64,000 nt of DNA from Myxococcales bacterium. GTDB lineage: Bacteria > Myxococcota_A > Polyangia > Polyangiales > Polyangiaceae. How positions within the stretch are numbered: position 1 is the first letter of the stretch; the number at the start of each line of letters is the position of its first letter. The notes under the pieces were generated by a model, which made no database searches, was not told where the DNA came from, and saw only the letters and a list, made by a program, of their open reading frames with translations. Positions 12,295 through 21,728 of this stretch are shown piece by piece. The translations under genes were made by a program, and so were the position numbers. The stretch is taken from contig JADJCA010000011.1 in NCBI GenBank assembly GCA_016703425.1, positions 250,050-314,049 of the forward strand, given 5' to 3'.

Positions 12295-13709
12295 CGCGGG
12301 GCTATCCCCTCCGACTCTTCTTCGTCGCCGCGGTTCTGGTCTTCCTTCCGTTCGCGTGGGCGCGCCGTTGGGCGCCTGACACGATGACGTTTTTCGCCTA
12401 CGGCGCCGGGGCGGCGCTCGTGACGGGCGCGCTGGTGGCCGCGCTCGCGTCCTCATGGTTGCGACGAGAGGTGCGGCTCCTGACGGAGGCCGCGACGCGC
12501 ATCGCCGCCGGGGAACACGGCGTGCGCACCCGCGTCTCCGGCGACGGGGGCGGCGATGGCGAGATGGAGCGACTCGGCGGCGCCCTCGATCGGCTCGCAG
12601 AGACGCTCGGCGCAGCGACGAATGATCTGCGCACCGAGCGGGATCTCGTCGCCGGCATCCTCGACGGGATGCAGGAGGGCGTCCTCTTGATTCAAGGCGA
12701 CGGCTCGGTGGGGTTGGTGAACACGTCGCTCCGCGAGATGTTCCTCTTGAGCGGCGACGTCGTCGGCCGTCCCCTCTTGATGGTCTTGCGACACTCGGTG
12801 TTGCTCGAACTCGTCGAGACGGTCCGTCGACGCAAGAAGGCGGCGTCCGGCGAGATTGAGCTAGGGGGCCTCAAACCACGACGACTCTTGGTGCGGATCG
12901 CCCCGTTGGCAAAGGACCTTGCGTCTCAACTGGTCGTGGTCGTCGACGTAACTGAGTTGCGTCGCCTGGAGCGGGTGCGGCAGGACTTTGTTGCGAACGT
13001 GTCCCACGAGCTTCGCACGCCGGTCGCGGCGATCCAATCGGCCGCCGAAACGCTCGGCGACGGGGCCCTCGGCGACGCGGTCGCGGCGCCGCGCTTCTTG
13101 GACATGATCGCCCGCAACAGCGCGCGCCTCCGAAACCTTATCGACGACCTGCTCGATTTGTCCCGCATCGAAGCCAACGAGTTTGCCGTTCACGTGGCGA
13201 CGACGAACCTCGCCGCCGCGGTGGCGCAGGTGTTCGCGGGCGCGCGAGCGGCCGCCGACCGCCAACGCGTCACCCTCGCTTCGGAGATCGCAGCGCGTGG
13301 TGAGACGGCGATGACCGATCCAAGGGCCGTCGAGCAGATCCTGGGCAATCTCGTCGACAACGCCGTCAAGTACTGCCCCGGCGCTCTCGTGACGGTGACC
13401 ATCGTGCCACGGGACGGTGGTGGCGTTTCCTTGCGCGTGGCCGACACGGGGCCGGGCATTGAACCGAGACACATCGGCCGAATCTTCGAGCGCTTCTATC
13501 GGGTCGACGCGGGGCGCTCGCGCGACCTTGGCGGCACGGGCCTTGGCCTCTCCATCGTCAAGCACTTGGTCGACGCCTTAGGCGGCACGGTCCACGTCGA
13601 GAGCGTGGTCGGACGCGGCACAACCTTCACCGTCGAGTTGCCGGCCCGAAGCGAGTCCGGCGTGATGCCCAGCGACGGCGAGCCTCCCGCCGCTACTGGA
13701 GCGCCGTGA
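12291..13709 (+). CDS. Sensor histidine kinase (HAMP/PAS-HisKA-HATPase; PhoR-like)
   Basis: Its TTG start overlaps the response-regulator stop (TTGA). Two N-terminal TM segments; H-box DFVANVSHELRTP; G-box GGTGLGLSIVKHLV. Cognate partner of the upstream regulator. Confidence 0.7.
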   Translation: MTRGYPLRLFFVAAVLVFLPFAWARRWAPDTMTFFAYGAGAALVTGALVAALASSWLRREVRLLTEAATRIAAGEHGVRTRVSGDGGGDGEMERLGGALDRLAETLGAATNDLRTERDLVAGILDGMQEGVLLIQGDGSVGLVNTSLREMFLLSGDVVGRPLLMVLRHSVLLELVETVRRRKKAASGEIELGGLKPRRLLVRIAPLAKDLASQLVVVVDVTELRRLERVRQDFVANVSHELRTPVAAIQSAAETLGDGALGDAVAAPRFLDMIARNSARLRNLIDDLLDLSRIEANEFAVHVATTNLAAAVAQVFAGARAAADRQRVTLASEIAARGETAMTDPRAVEQILGNLVDNAVKYCPGALVTVTIVPRDGGGVSLRVADTGPGIEPRHIGRIFERFYRVDAGRSRDLGGTGLGLSIVKHLVDALGGTVHVESVVGRGTTFTVELPARSESGVMPSDGEPPAATGAP

Positions 13710-13779
13710 CCGGGAACGAGGCCTCGGCGGGGCCGCCTTCGACGTCGTCCCGCCGCCAATTACGCTCTAAGCTCACGCG

Positions 13780-15258
13780 GTGACCCGCGTCGCCGATCTC
13801 CCTGTGTTGCCAGGTGTGGAGCCGGTCTTCGGCCACGTGCGGCGCATGCAGCGCGATCGACTGGGCTTCCTCTACGACGTCGCCCACGACGTCGATCGCC
13901 TCTCGCGCTTTGGCACCGTGGCCGCCGAAGGCGCCATCGCCAACCACCCGGAGGTCCTGGCCGAGCTCTTTGTCGAGAAGGCCCGCGTCTTCGACAAATC
14001 GTTCATCACGCGCTTCGCGCTGGGGCCCCTCGGTGGCGAAGGGCTCTTTACGAGTCGATACGACCTGTGGCGTGGGCAGCGCAGGATCATGGCGCCGCTC
14101 TTCCATCCGTCGCAGCTCGCGCGCTACGCCACCGACATGGTTCGCTGCGCCGAGCGGGTCACGTCCGAGTGGAGCGACGGCGAGACCTTCGAGCTCTTGC
14201 GCGAGACCACGCGTATGACCATGAGCATCGCCGGCAAGACGCTGTTCGACGCCGAGACGCTCGGCGAAGCCGACGCCATTGGCCGGGCGCTCAACACCAC
14301 GCTCGACTGGGCCGCAAAGAACTCACCGGGGCCGCTGGCCATCGCGCATCTGCTCGCGCGAGAGGCGCTCGTTCGGGGGGCGCGCGCTCTTCCGCAAGGC
14401 GCGTTGGCCAACACACTTCGCGAGACCGCGTCACGCTTCGAGAGGCCGGTTGCGCTCGTGGGCGAGAGCGGACGCAAGCTCAAGGCCGCCGTCGCTGTGC
14501 TCGACGCGGAGGTCGAGCGCATGATCGCCACGCGGCGACGAGAGGCCGCGCTGGGCCGCGCGCCCACCGATCTGTTGGCGCGCCTCCTGGCAGCGCAGGA
14601 CGACGACGGCACCCGCATGACCGACCGGCAGCTCCGCGACGAGGTCCTCACGCTCTTCGTCGCCGGCCACGAAACGACGGCGACGGGGCTCGCGTGGACG
14701 GTCCATTGCCTATGCCAGAACCGGGATGTCTACGCAGCCGTGCAGCGGGAGGTCGACGCGCTCGGTCACGAGCCCTCGTTGCACGACCTTCCGGCGCTAG
14801 ACCTCACGCTGCGCGTCTTCAAGGAGGCCCTCCGACTTTACCCGCCTGTCTATCTCCTCGGTCGGCAGGCCACGACCGAGACGACGCTCGACGGCGTCGC
14901 CTTCGGCGACCGCGCCATCGTCCTCGTCGCGCCTTTCGCGCTCCACCGGCGAAGGGACCTTTGGCCCAACCCCGAGCGCTTCGACCCGAGCCGCTTCGTT
15001 GCTGCGGAAGAGGCCAAGCGACACCGGCTCGCCTGGTTGCCCTTCGGCGCCGGCCCGCGCGTGTGCATCGGAAATCACTTCGCGCTCATGGAGGCTCAAC
15101 TCGTGCTCGCGACGATGTTGCGGCGCGCAGAGTTCGAGGCCACCGACGACGAAACGCCGCTCGCCGGCGCGACGCTGCGACCGAAGCACGGCGTCCGCGT
15201 GCGCGTCAAAGTCCGCCAGAAGAAGGCGACCCAATGGACCGGCGCTGAACTCTCATGA
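13780..15258 (+). CDS. Cytochrome P450
   Basis: Heme-binding signature FGAGPRVCIGNHFA; ExxR (ETLRL); AGHETT oxygen-binding helix; about 490 aa. Confidence 0.8.
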   Translation: MTRVADLPVLPGVEPVFGHVRRMQRDRLGFLYDVAHDVDRLSRFGTVAAEGAIANHPEVLAELFVEKARVFDKSFITRFALGPLGGEGLFTSRYDLWRGQRRIMAPLFHPSQLARYATDMVRCAERVTSEWSDGETFELLRETTRMTMSIAGKTLFDAETLGEADAIGRALNTTLDWAAKNSPGPLAIAHLLAREALVRGARALPQGALANTLRETASRFERPVALVGESGRKLKAAVAVLDAEVERMIATRRREAALGRAPTDLLARLLAAQDDDGTRMTDRQLRDEVLTLFVAGHETTATGLAWTVHCLCQNRDVYAAVQREVDALGHEPSLHDLPALDLTLRVFKEALRLYPPVYLLGRQATTETTLDGVAFGDRAIVLVAPFALHRRRDLWPNPERFDPSRFVAAEEAKRHRLAWLPFGAGPRVCIGNHFALMEAQLVLATMLRRAEFEATDDETPLAGATLRPKHGVRVRVKVRQKKATQWTGAELS

Positions 15259-15488
15259 GCGACCCCCGACTACCAGAGGACGTCGACCCGGCGGCCAAAG
15301 AGTACAAGGTCGTTGAGCTCGCGACGGTGACCGACGAAGAGGTCGAACGCGTGCTCAACGACCTCACGCGATCGGGATGGGCCTTCGAAGGGATGCAGTT
15401 CGCGATGCGAGAGGCGTCGCGACGCCCCTCGATGGCCTTCTTGTTCTTCTCGCGTCGACGCAAGGACGACGGGGTCGCTGACCCCTGA
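15255..15488 (+). CDS. Small DUF4177-like protein, translationally coupled to the P450
   Basis: ATGA start/stop overlap with the P450. The 77-aa protein has EYKVVEL...SGWAFEGMQF, which matches the DUF4177 pattern (EYKVV ... GWE). Confidence 0.4.
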   Translation: MSDPRLPEDVDPAAKEYKVVELATVTDEEVERVLNDLTRSGWAFEGMQFAMREASRRPSMAFLFFSRRRKDDGVADP

Positions 15489-15507
15489 TCGGCACGACGG
15501 CCGCGTT

Positions 15508-15930
15508 TCACGGCCGCGCCAGCGCCAAGGACGACCGAAACCGCATCGGCGTGGCCCCCGTCCACCGGCGAAACGCGCGACAGAGCGCGCTCGAGTGAGA
15601 GAAGCCGAGGCGGAACGCGAGCTCACGAAGGGGCGGCGCCGCTTCGAGGGTCGCCTCGAGCGTTGACAGCGCGAGACGCCGACGAGCGTCGTCTACAACC
15701 TCGCGGTACGTGGTGCCCTGCTGATGAAGCCGACGCCGTAGCGTCCGAGCGCTCATGCCAAGCTCGGCAGCGACGTCCTCGATTTGGGGAGCTTCGCCAC
15801 AGAAGCCCGCCTGGATGGCCCTCACGAGCTCGTCCAGGGGAAAGCCTTGTCCGGCAACTCTGTGGCGCGCCTGCGGCTTCGCGTGGACGATGGCTTCCAT
15901 GAGGCGGTGACATTGCAACGGGCCTGCCAT
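15508..15930 (-). CDS. AraC-family transcriptional regulator (HTH domain)
   Basis: C-terminal AraC HTH signature (LGMSARTLRRRLHQQGTTYREVVDDARRR ... LAFRLGFSHSSALCRAFRRWTGATP). Start chosen at internal ATG 15930; the N-terminal extent is uncertain. Confidence 0.5.
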   Translation of the reverse strand: MAGPLQCHRLMEAIVHAKPQARHRVAGQGFPLDELVRAIQAGFCGEAPQIEDVAAELGMSARTLRRRLHQQGTTYREVVDDARRRLALSTLEATLEAAPPLRELAFRLGFSHSSALCRAFRRWTGATPMRFRSSLALARP

Positions 15931-16088
15931 CACAGGCCGCAATGAACAAGCGGGCTTTTCGCGGCGTTTTTCACCCTCGCGCGCGCCCTTTCGTCTTGAT
16001 CGTCGGCCCGAGGTGGGCGCCTCGGTGGCCTGTGCACGTGTGCACGAACAAGTCACAGGTGCCGACGCCGAGGCGGGCGCCCGCCGAG

Positions 16089-16826
16089 TCAGAGATTCGT
16101 CGCGGGCATCGCCGTCGCGACGCGACCCTCGTGAAGGCGTTCACCGGCGGCCGCCACGTGCATGACGCCGAGCCCGACGAGGATCACGCCAAAGGCGCGC
16201 CGGACCAGGGGCCGCGCGAAGAGCTTAGCCACCGCCTCCGCCACGACGCCGACGCTCACAACCGCGGGCAACGTCCCGAGCCCGAAGGCGGTCATGACAA
16301 GGGCGCCGCGGAAGAGAGAGCCCGAGGCCGCCGCGACACTTAGTGCAGAATACACGAGTCCGCACGGAACGAAGCCCCACGCGGCGCCGAAGAGGGCCGC
16401 TTTCGGCAAGGTGTTCAGCGGCAAGAGACGCCTGGCGAACGGCGTGACGCGGCGGAAGAGGGGACCGCCCAATCGCTCGACGGTGACAAAGGCGGGAAAG
16501 AGACCGATGAGAAACAGGCCGAGCGACAGAAGCAGCAGGCCCGACGCGAGCTCGAGCGCGCCCTGTCCCTTTTGAAGACCGGCGCCGAGTCGGGCGCCGA
16601 GGCCGCCGAGCGTCAGACCCAGCGCCACGTAAGCCGTCAGGCGACCGGCGTTCTGAGCCAAGAGGAGCAGCGGCCGCGACGGCTGCGTTCGGCGAACGAG
16701 CGCCGCCGGCGCCAGGAGCGGGCGAGGGTCGGCGGTGAGCGACGCGAAGCCGGAACACATGCTGACGCAGTGGCTCGCGCCCAGGAGGCCGAGCGTGAAC
16801 GCCGAGGCGATGATCGCGGCGCTCAT
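16089..16826 (-). CDS. DsbD_2/TauE-SafE-like polytopic membrane protein in the cbb3 assembly cluster
   Basis: ATG at 16826 lies 4 nt after the ccoG stop. Six or seven TM helices and an N-terminal GASHCVSMCSG Cys motif. This family commonly follows ccoG in cbb3 loci. Confidence 0.45.
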   Translation of the reverse strand: MSAAIIASAFTLGLLGASHCVSMCSGFASLTADPRPLLAPAALVRRTQPSRPLLLLAQNAGRLTAYVALGLTLGGLGARLGAGLQKGQGALELASGLLLLSLGLFLIGLFPAFVTVERLGGPLFRRVTPFARRLLPLNTLPKAALFGAAWGFVPCGLVYSALSVAAASGSLFRGALVMTAFGLGTLPAVVSVGVVAEAVAKLFARPLVRRAFGVILVGLGVMHVAAAGERLHEGRVATAMPATNL

Positions 16827-16830
16827 CGGC

Positions 16831-18270
16831 TCACCTCTTCGGCCCGAGGAAGGGCAGCGTGATGGTTCGTGCGTCGGCCTCAAACCCCTTCGGCACCACA
16901 CGCAGTGGCAACGCTCGATCGGAGACGAAGTCGTTCGCTGGGAGCGTGACGAAGACCGGAGCGCTGACCTGCTCGAGCGGCTTGAGGCGCACCTCGCGGA
17001 GCGGCACGAGGAAGGTCGCCCCCGGCGCGGGCACCGGCTCGATGAGGAACACCGTCTCGCTCGAGCGCTTGTTCACGATGTGAATGGTGAAGGCGTTGCG
17101 GACGAGGCCGCCCTCAAGGGTATAGGGCGGCCCTTGGACGCGCAGGACGTTCGACTCGAAGTCGACGCGACGGCCGTAGGCGAAGGTCGCCGCGGCCACG
17201 CCGAATGCGCCGAGCACGAGGTAGAGCGCGATGCGCGGGCGGAAGAACCGCCGCGGCTGCCCCACCAGGCCCGCCATCGAGTCATAGCGAATCAGCCCGC
17301 GGGGCCGATTGAGCTTGTCCATGATCTCGTCGCAAGCGTCGATGCAGGCGGTGCAGGCCACGCAATCCATCTGCAAACCGTTGCGAATGTCGATGCCCGT
17401 CGGGCAGACGGTAACGCAGCGACCGCAATCGACGCAGTCACCATGCTTCTCCGCTGCGTCGCCGGCGGTGGCGTCGGCTTTCTTGGCCTTGCCGCGCGGC
17501 TCGCCGCGGGACTTTTCGTAGCCGATGACGAGCGAGTCGGGGTCGAGGAGAGCCGACTGGAGCCGGCCGTAAGGGCACAGGATCACGCAAAACTGCTCGC
17601 GAAACCAGGCGAAGTTGAAGAGCAGGATGCCCGTCAACACGGCAACCACGGCGAAGGCCTCCGGGTGCGCCGCCGGAGATTGCTGCATGGCGCGGAGCAA
17701 CTGTGGCACCGACACGAAGTACGCGAGCAGCACATGCGCGATGAGGAACGCGAGCACCACGTAGCCCAGGTGCGTCAGCGTCTTGCGCCACACCTTGTCC
17801 CAGGTGAGCGGCCCCGCGTTGCGGCGAAGGCGCTTCTCGCGAGGCCCCTGCAGAAGCCTCTCGAGGCGACGGAAGAGCGCCTCCAGAAACACCGTCTGCG
17901 GACACGCCCAACCGCACCAGACGCGACCGGCGGCTGCCGTGAGGAACACGAGGCCGAAGGCCGCGCCCGTGACAACGAACACCAGCATCCAGATGTCTTG
18001 GGCGTTGAAGGAGGCGCCGAAGAGGAAGAAGCTGCGGCTCTCGATGTCGAGGAAGACAGCGGGGTGACCGCCAACGTTGATCCACGGCAGCGCGACGTAG
18101 ACGGCCAGCAGCACCACGAAGACAAGTTTGCGCGCCGTCGCGAAGCGCCCCTTCACGTCGGCGGGGTGCACGTAGGCGCGCGACCCGTCGAGGTGAAGCG
18201 AGCTCTTCATGTCCACCAGCGGCAGGTGGACGGTCTTGCCGCCGGGACTCGGTGTTACGGGCTTGTCCAT
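16831..18270 (-). CDS. ccoG: CcoG/FixG 4Fe-4S ferredoxin-type cbb3 oxidase assembly protein
   Basis: Membrane N-terminus; two ferredoxin Cys clusters (CVDCGRCVTVCP; CVACTACIDAC); C-terminal FixG Ig-like domain. Confidence 0.8.
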   Translation of the reverse strand: MDKPVTPSPGGKTVHLPLVDMKSSLHLDGSRAYVHPADVKGRFATARKLVFVVLLAVYVALPWINVGGHPAVFLDIESRSFFLFGASFNAQDIWMLVFVVTGAAFGLVFLTAAAGRVWCGWACPQTVFLEALFRRLERLLQGPREKRLRRNAGPLTWDKVWRKTLTHLGYVVLAFLIAHVLLAYFVSVPQLLRAMQQSPAAHPEAFAVVAVLTGILLFNFAWFREQFCVILCPYGRLQSALLDPDSLVIGYEKSRGEPRGKAKKADATAGDAAEKHGDCVDCGRCVTVCPTGIDIRNGLQMDCVACTACIDACDEIMDKLNRPRGLIRYDSMAGLVGQPRRFFRPRIALYLVLGAFGVAAATFAYGRRVDFESNVLRVQGPPYTLEGGLVRNAFTIHIVNKRSSETVFLIEPVPAPGATFLVPLREVRLKPLEQVSAPVFVTLPANDFVSDRALPLRVVPKGFEADARTITLPFLGPKR

Positions 18271-18449
18271 ACCGTGATGCTCACTCCGAAGCCCCCGAAG
18301 ATGCTGAGCCAGTGCGGCGACTCAAGGATTCACGACTAGACGGATGGTGGAAGGAAGAGAGCACCCAGAACGGCCCCCAGAGACGGCCGAACCGGGTGGC
18401 TCTCGCACTGCTATCGACACATTCTGGAGACGAATCGTCTGTTGAAGAC

Positions 18450-19016
18450 CTATCGGCCCGCGAATTTCTCGCCCTGCGGCGCCTTGCCCCCGGGCACGTT
18501 GGTGTTGCGGAGCGAAAGCACGTAGGCGGATACCGCTTGCGTCTTGGCTTCGCCGAGCTGCGGGCCCCACGCTGGCATGCCCTTGGCAACGACGCCGTCC
18601 TTCATCGTCTTGTAGATCGACATGGGGTCGCCGCCGTGGATCCAGTACTCGTCGGTGAGGTTTGGTCCGATGGTGCCGCCGCCGGTGGGTGCGTGACAGG
18701 GCGCGCAGAATGTAACGAACCCCTCCTTGCCGTCCTTGAGCGCGGAGGTGTCGGCGGCGAGCGCGACGAGGGTGTTCTCGTCGGCACCCTTGCCGGCGCG
18801 TTTTGCCGCCTCAACCGTCTCGCGACGCAGCTCCGCCACCGGCAGCTCGCCGGCCCCGAGGCCGTGGTAGTAAAACCAGTAGCCGATGCCGAAGATGACG
18901 CTTCCGTAGAGGGTCCACAGCCACCAAGTCGGGAGCTTGTTGTCGTACTCCTGGATGTCGCCGTACTCGTGAACGACCTTGTTTTCGCCGTGCCGTTCCT
19001 GTGACCGGTCACTCAT
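18450..19016 (-). CDS. ccoP: cbb3 oxidase cytochrome c subunit CcoP (short, monoheme variant)
   Basis: N-terminal TM (WWLWTLYGSVIFGIGYWFY), typical of CcoP, and a single CAPCH heme-binding motif; 188 aa. Confidence 0.7.
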   Translation of the reverse strand: MSDRSQERHGENKVVHEYGDIQEYDNKLPTWWLWTLYGSVIFGIGYWFYYHGLGAGELPVAELRRETVEAAKRAGKGADENTLVALAADTSALKDGKEGFVTFCAPCHAPTGGGTIGPNLTDEYWIHGGDPMSIYKTMKDGVVAKGMPAWGPQLGEAKTQAVSAYVLSLRNTNVPGGKAPQGEKFAGR

Positions 19017-19210
19017 GACTGCCTCCCTGCGGTGGAGCTTTCGTGTTCAGGTGCAAGCGGAAGCTCAGCCATGGCTTGGAGCCCGCGCCCACGTTTTCCA
19101 AAGGTCCGAACGAGCACGACGACGAAGAAGGTCACGAACAGCACGATGCTGATGAGCGGAAAGAACAGAAGCCCGCTCTCTTCGAAAAATTTCGAGGCAA
19201 TGAATCGCAT
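19013..19210 (-). CDS. ccoQ: Small single-TM CcoQ-like subunit
   Basis: 65-aa ORF between ccoNO and ccoP; its stop overlaps the ccoP start; one TM helix (LLFFPLISIVLFVTFFVVVLV). Confidence 0.45.
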   Translation of the reverse strand: MRFIASKFFEESGLLFFPLISIVLFVTFFVVVLVRTFGKRGRGLQAMAELPLAPEHESSTAGRQS

Positions 19211-19225
19211 AGCTTCGCTCCTTCC

Positions 19226-21568
19226 TCAGCGGCGCTCGGCGACGGGCGCCGTGGCGGGTTTGGCGTCGGCCTTGCGACCGAGCGATTGCATGTAGGCCAC
19301 AAGGGCGACGAGTTCGCTGTCTTCGCGGGCATCCTCGGCGCCGCCTTCACGCAGCTCTTTGGTCACCGCCGCGGCCTGTGCGCGAGCGGCTGCGCTCGCG
19401 CCTTGGACCTCCGCGTTCGTGTACGGGACGCCGAGCGTTTGCATCGCCGCCACCTTGACGGCGACAGCGTCGAAGTCGACCTTGGCGGCCGCCATGAACG
19501 CATAGGGGGGCATGTTCGATCCTGGCGAGGTTGCGCGGGGGTCCTGCATGTGGCGCCAGTGCCAGAGATGCGGGTACTTGCCGCCAACGCGCGAGAGATC
19601 CGGCCCGGTCCGCTTCGACCCCCACTGGAAGGGGTGGTCATAGGCCGAGTCTGCCATCTCCGAGTGGTTGCCGTAACGAGCCGTCTCGAAGACCATCGGT
19701 CGAATCATCTGCGAGTGGCACGTGTAGCAACCTTCACGGATGTAGACGTCTCGGCCCTCGAGCTCGAGCGGCTTGTAGACGCCACCGGTCGCGACGCGAG
19801 CGTCGGTCTTTGAGATGACGACGGTGGGGATAATCTCGGCGATGCCGCCGACGAGGATCGCCAGCACCGAGAAGACGGTGAAGAGCAGCGGTCGCCCCTC
19901 GATGATCCGGTGCCACGTGGGCTTACCGGGTACGTTGCTCACCTTGAGGGCAATGACGCCGCCAATCCCAACGGCGAGACCGATGACCACCGTTCCAATG
20001 GCTGCGCTCACGTTGAGGAAGCCTGCCGAGCCGATGAGAACCACGACGAGGACCGTGAGGATCATCGGTGCACCGAAGACCAACTGCGTCCAGGGCACCT
20101 TGTCTTCAGCGGACGCGACGGGGCGGACGACCTGCACCTCGCCATCGACGGCCTTGCCAGAGCGGGCCGTCATGAGGAGGTTGTAGGCCATGAGCAGGAA
20201 GCCCAGCAGGTAGAGCGTCCCACCGGCGAGGCGCACCCAGTACATCGGGCGAATGGCGATGAGCGTCTCGACGAAGTTGGGATACTGGAGCGCGCCATCG
20301 GGCGTCTGAGCGCGCCACATCATGCCTTGCGTGATGCCGCTCACCCACATCGAGATGACGTAGAGAATGATCCCCACGGTGCCGAGCCAGAAGTGCGTGT
20401 CGGCGAGCGACTTGGAGTGGAGCTTCGTGCCGAAGAGGCGGGGGACCATCCAATAGAAGAGGCCCGCGGCCATGAAGCCGTTCCAGCCGAGCGCGCCCGA
20501 GTGCACGTGCCCGATGATCCAGTCGGTGTAGTGGGCGAGGCCGTTGACCGACTTGATGGAGAGCAGCGGGCCCTCAAACGTGGCCATTCCGTAGAAGGTG
20601 ACGGCCGCCACGAAGAACTTGAGCACCGGCTCCTCGCGGACCGTGTTCCAGGCCCCGCGCAACGTGAGCAAGCCGTTGAGCATCCCGCCCCACGAGGGAG
20701 CGAGGAGCATGACGCTGAAGATCATGCCGAGCGTCTGCGCCCAGTCGGGGAGCGCCGTGAAGAGCAGGTGGTGCGGGCCGGCCCAGATGTAGAGAAAGAT
20801 CAGCGCCCAGAAGTGAACGATGCTGAGGCGGTAGGAGTAGACGGGGCGATCGGCCGCCTTCGGCAAGAAGTAGTACATGATGCCGAGCACGGGGGTGGTC
20901 AGGAAGAACGCCACCGCGTTGTGGCCGTACCACCACTGGACGAGCGCATCCTGCACGCCGCCGTAGATTGAGTAGCTCTTCATCGCGAAGACCGGCAACG
21001 CGAGGCTGTTCACGATGTGGAGGACCGCGACGGTGACGATCGTCGCGATGTAGAACCAGAGCGCTACGTAGATGTGCTTCTCGTTCCGCTTCGCCAAGGT
21101 CCAGAAGAAGTTGATCGCGAAGACGACCCAGACGAGCGCGATGGCAATATCGATGGGCCACTCGAGCTCGGCGTATTCCTTGCCGGTCGAGAAACCGAGC
21201 GGCAACGAAACAGCCGCCGCGGCGATGATGGCTTGCCACCCCCAGAAGTGAATCTTGCTCAGCGCATCGGACGCCATGCGCGCCTTTAGGAGGCGCTGCG
21301 TCGAGTAGTAGATCCCCGCAAAGATCATGTTCCCGACGAAGGCGAAGATCACCGCGTTCGTGTGCAGCGGGCGAAGACGCCCGAAGGAGAGCTGCGGCGC
21401 GACGTTCGCGGGAAAGAAGGCCAGCTGCAGCGCGATGATCACACCGACGAGCAGGCCCACGATGCCGAAGATCACCGAGGCCGCGATGAAGAGCCGCGGC
21501 GTCGAGTCATCAAAGACGACCGTCGACTTCTCCAGTTGAGCAGGAGTGTTGGTGGATTCAGTTTCCAT
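19226..21568 (-). CDS. ccoNO: Fused cbb3-type cytochrome c oxidase subunits I+II (CcoN-CcoO)
   Basis: 780 aa. The N-terminal ~480 aa are a heme-copper oxidase subunit I with 12 TM helices and His ligands (HFWALIFLYIWAGPHHL). The C-terminal part carries the CcoO heme motif CYTCHSQMIRP. Confidence 0.85.
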   Translation of the reverse strand: METESTNTPAQLEKSTVVFDDSTPRLFIAASVIFGIVGLLVGVIIALQLAFFPANVAPQLSFGRLRPLHTNAVIFAFVGNMIFAGIYYSTQRLLKARMASDALSKIHFWGWQAIIAAAAVSLPLGFSTGKEYAELEWPIDIAIALVWVVFAINFFWTLAKRNEKHIYVALWFYIATIVTVAVLHIVNSLALPVFAMKSYSIYGGVQDALVQWWYGHNAVAFFLTTPVLGIMYYFLPKAADRPVYSYRLSIVHFWALIFLYIWAGPHHLLFTALPDWAQTLGMIFSVMLLAPSWGGMLNGLLTLRGAWNTVREEPVLKFFVAAVTFYGMATFEGPLLSIKSVNGLAHYTDWIIGHVHSGALGWNGFMAAGLFYWMVPRLFGTKLHSKSLADTHFWLGTVGIILYVISMWVSGITQGMMWRAQTPDGALQYPNFVETLIAIRPMYWVRLAGGTLYLLGFLLMAYNLLMTARSGKAVDGEVQVVRPVASAEDKVPWTQLVFGAPMILTVLVVVLIGSAGFLNVSAAIGTVVIGLAVGIGGVIALKVSNVPGKPTWHRIIEGRPLLFTVFSVLAILVGGIAEIIPTVVISKTDARVATGGVYKPLELEGRDVYIREGCYTCHSQMIRPMVFETARYGNHSEMADSAYDHPFQWGSKRTGPDLSRVGGKYPHLWHWRHMQDPRATSPGSNMPPYAFMAAAKVDFDAVAVKVAAMQTLGVPYTNAEVQGASAAARAQAAAVTKELREGGAEDAREDSELVALVAYMQSLGRKADAKPATAPVAERR

Positions 21569-21728
21569 TTTCTTTTCCAGTGGGTTTGGCGTCGTCTTCA
21601 GCGATGGGAAATAGGGCGAGCCGGTCAGCGTGCTCGTAGTCGCGCCCCCGCACGCTCTTCAGGAAGAGCAAGAGCCCGCCGACGACGAGCATCAGGCTCA
21701 CAAACACTTGCAGAATCAACACTTCCAA
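21558..21728 (-). CDS. ccoS: Candidate CcoS/FixS cbb3 maturation peptide
   Basis: Small ORF between ccoI and ccoNO. A TTG/GTG start at 21728/21722 overlaps the ccoI 3' end. Sequence LEVLILQVFVSLMLVVGGLLLFLKSVRGRDYEHAD resembles CcoS (TM helix followed by G-x-Y/F-DD/E). 56 aa. Confidence 0.4.
   Translation of the reverse strand: MEVLILQVFVSLMLVVGGLLLFLKSVRGRDYEHADRLALFPIAEDDAKPTGKENGN

Noticed and set aside
16735-18339. 534-aa plus-strand ORF, one of many very long Arg/Ala-rich ORFs antisense to real genes
   Set aside because: High-GC antisense artefacts. Each lies opposite a gene with clear family motifs and has an Arg/Pro/Gly-dominated composition with no motifs. Similar ghosts: 14067..15248, 19910..20971, 22148..23614, 28844..29953, 29661..30743, 34819..36726, 36772..37698, 37838..38878, 38939..40015, 49863..51719, 53327..55057, 58139..59287.
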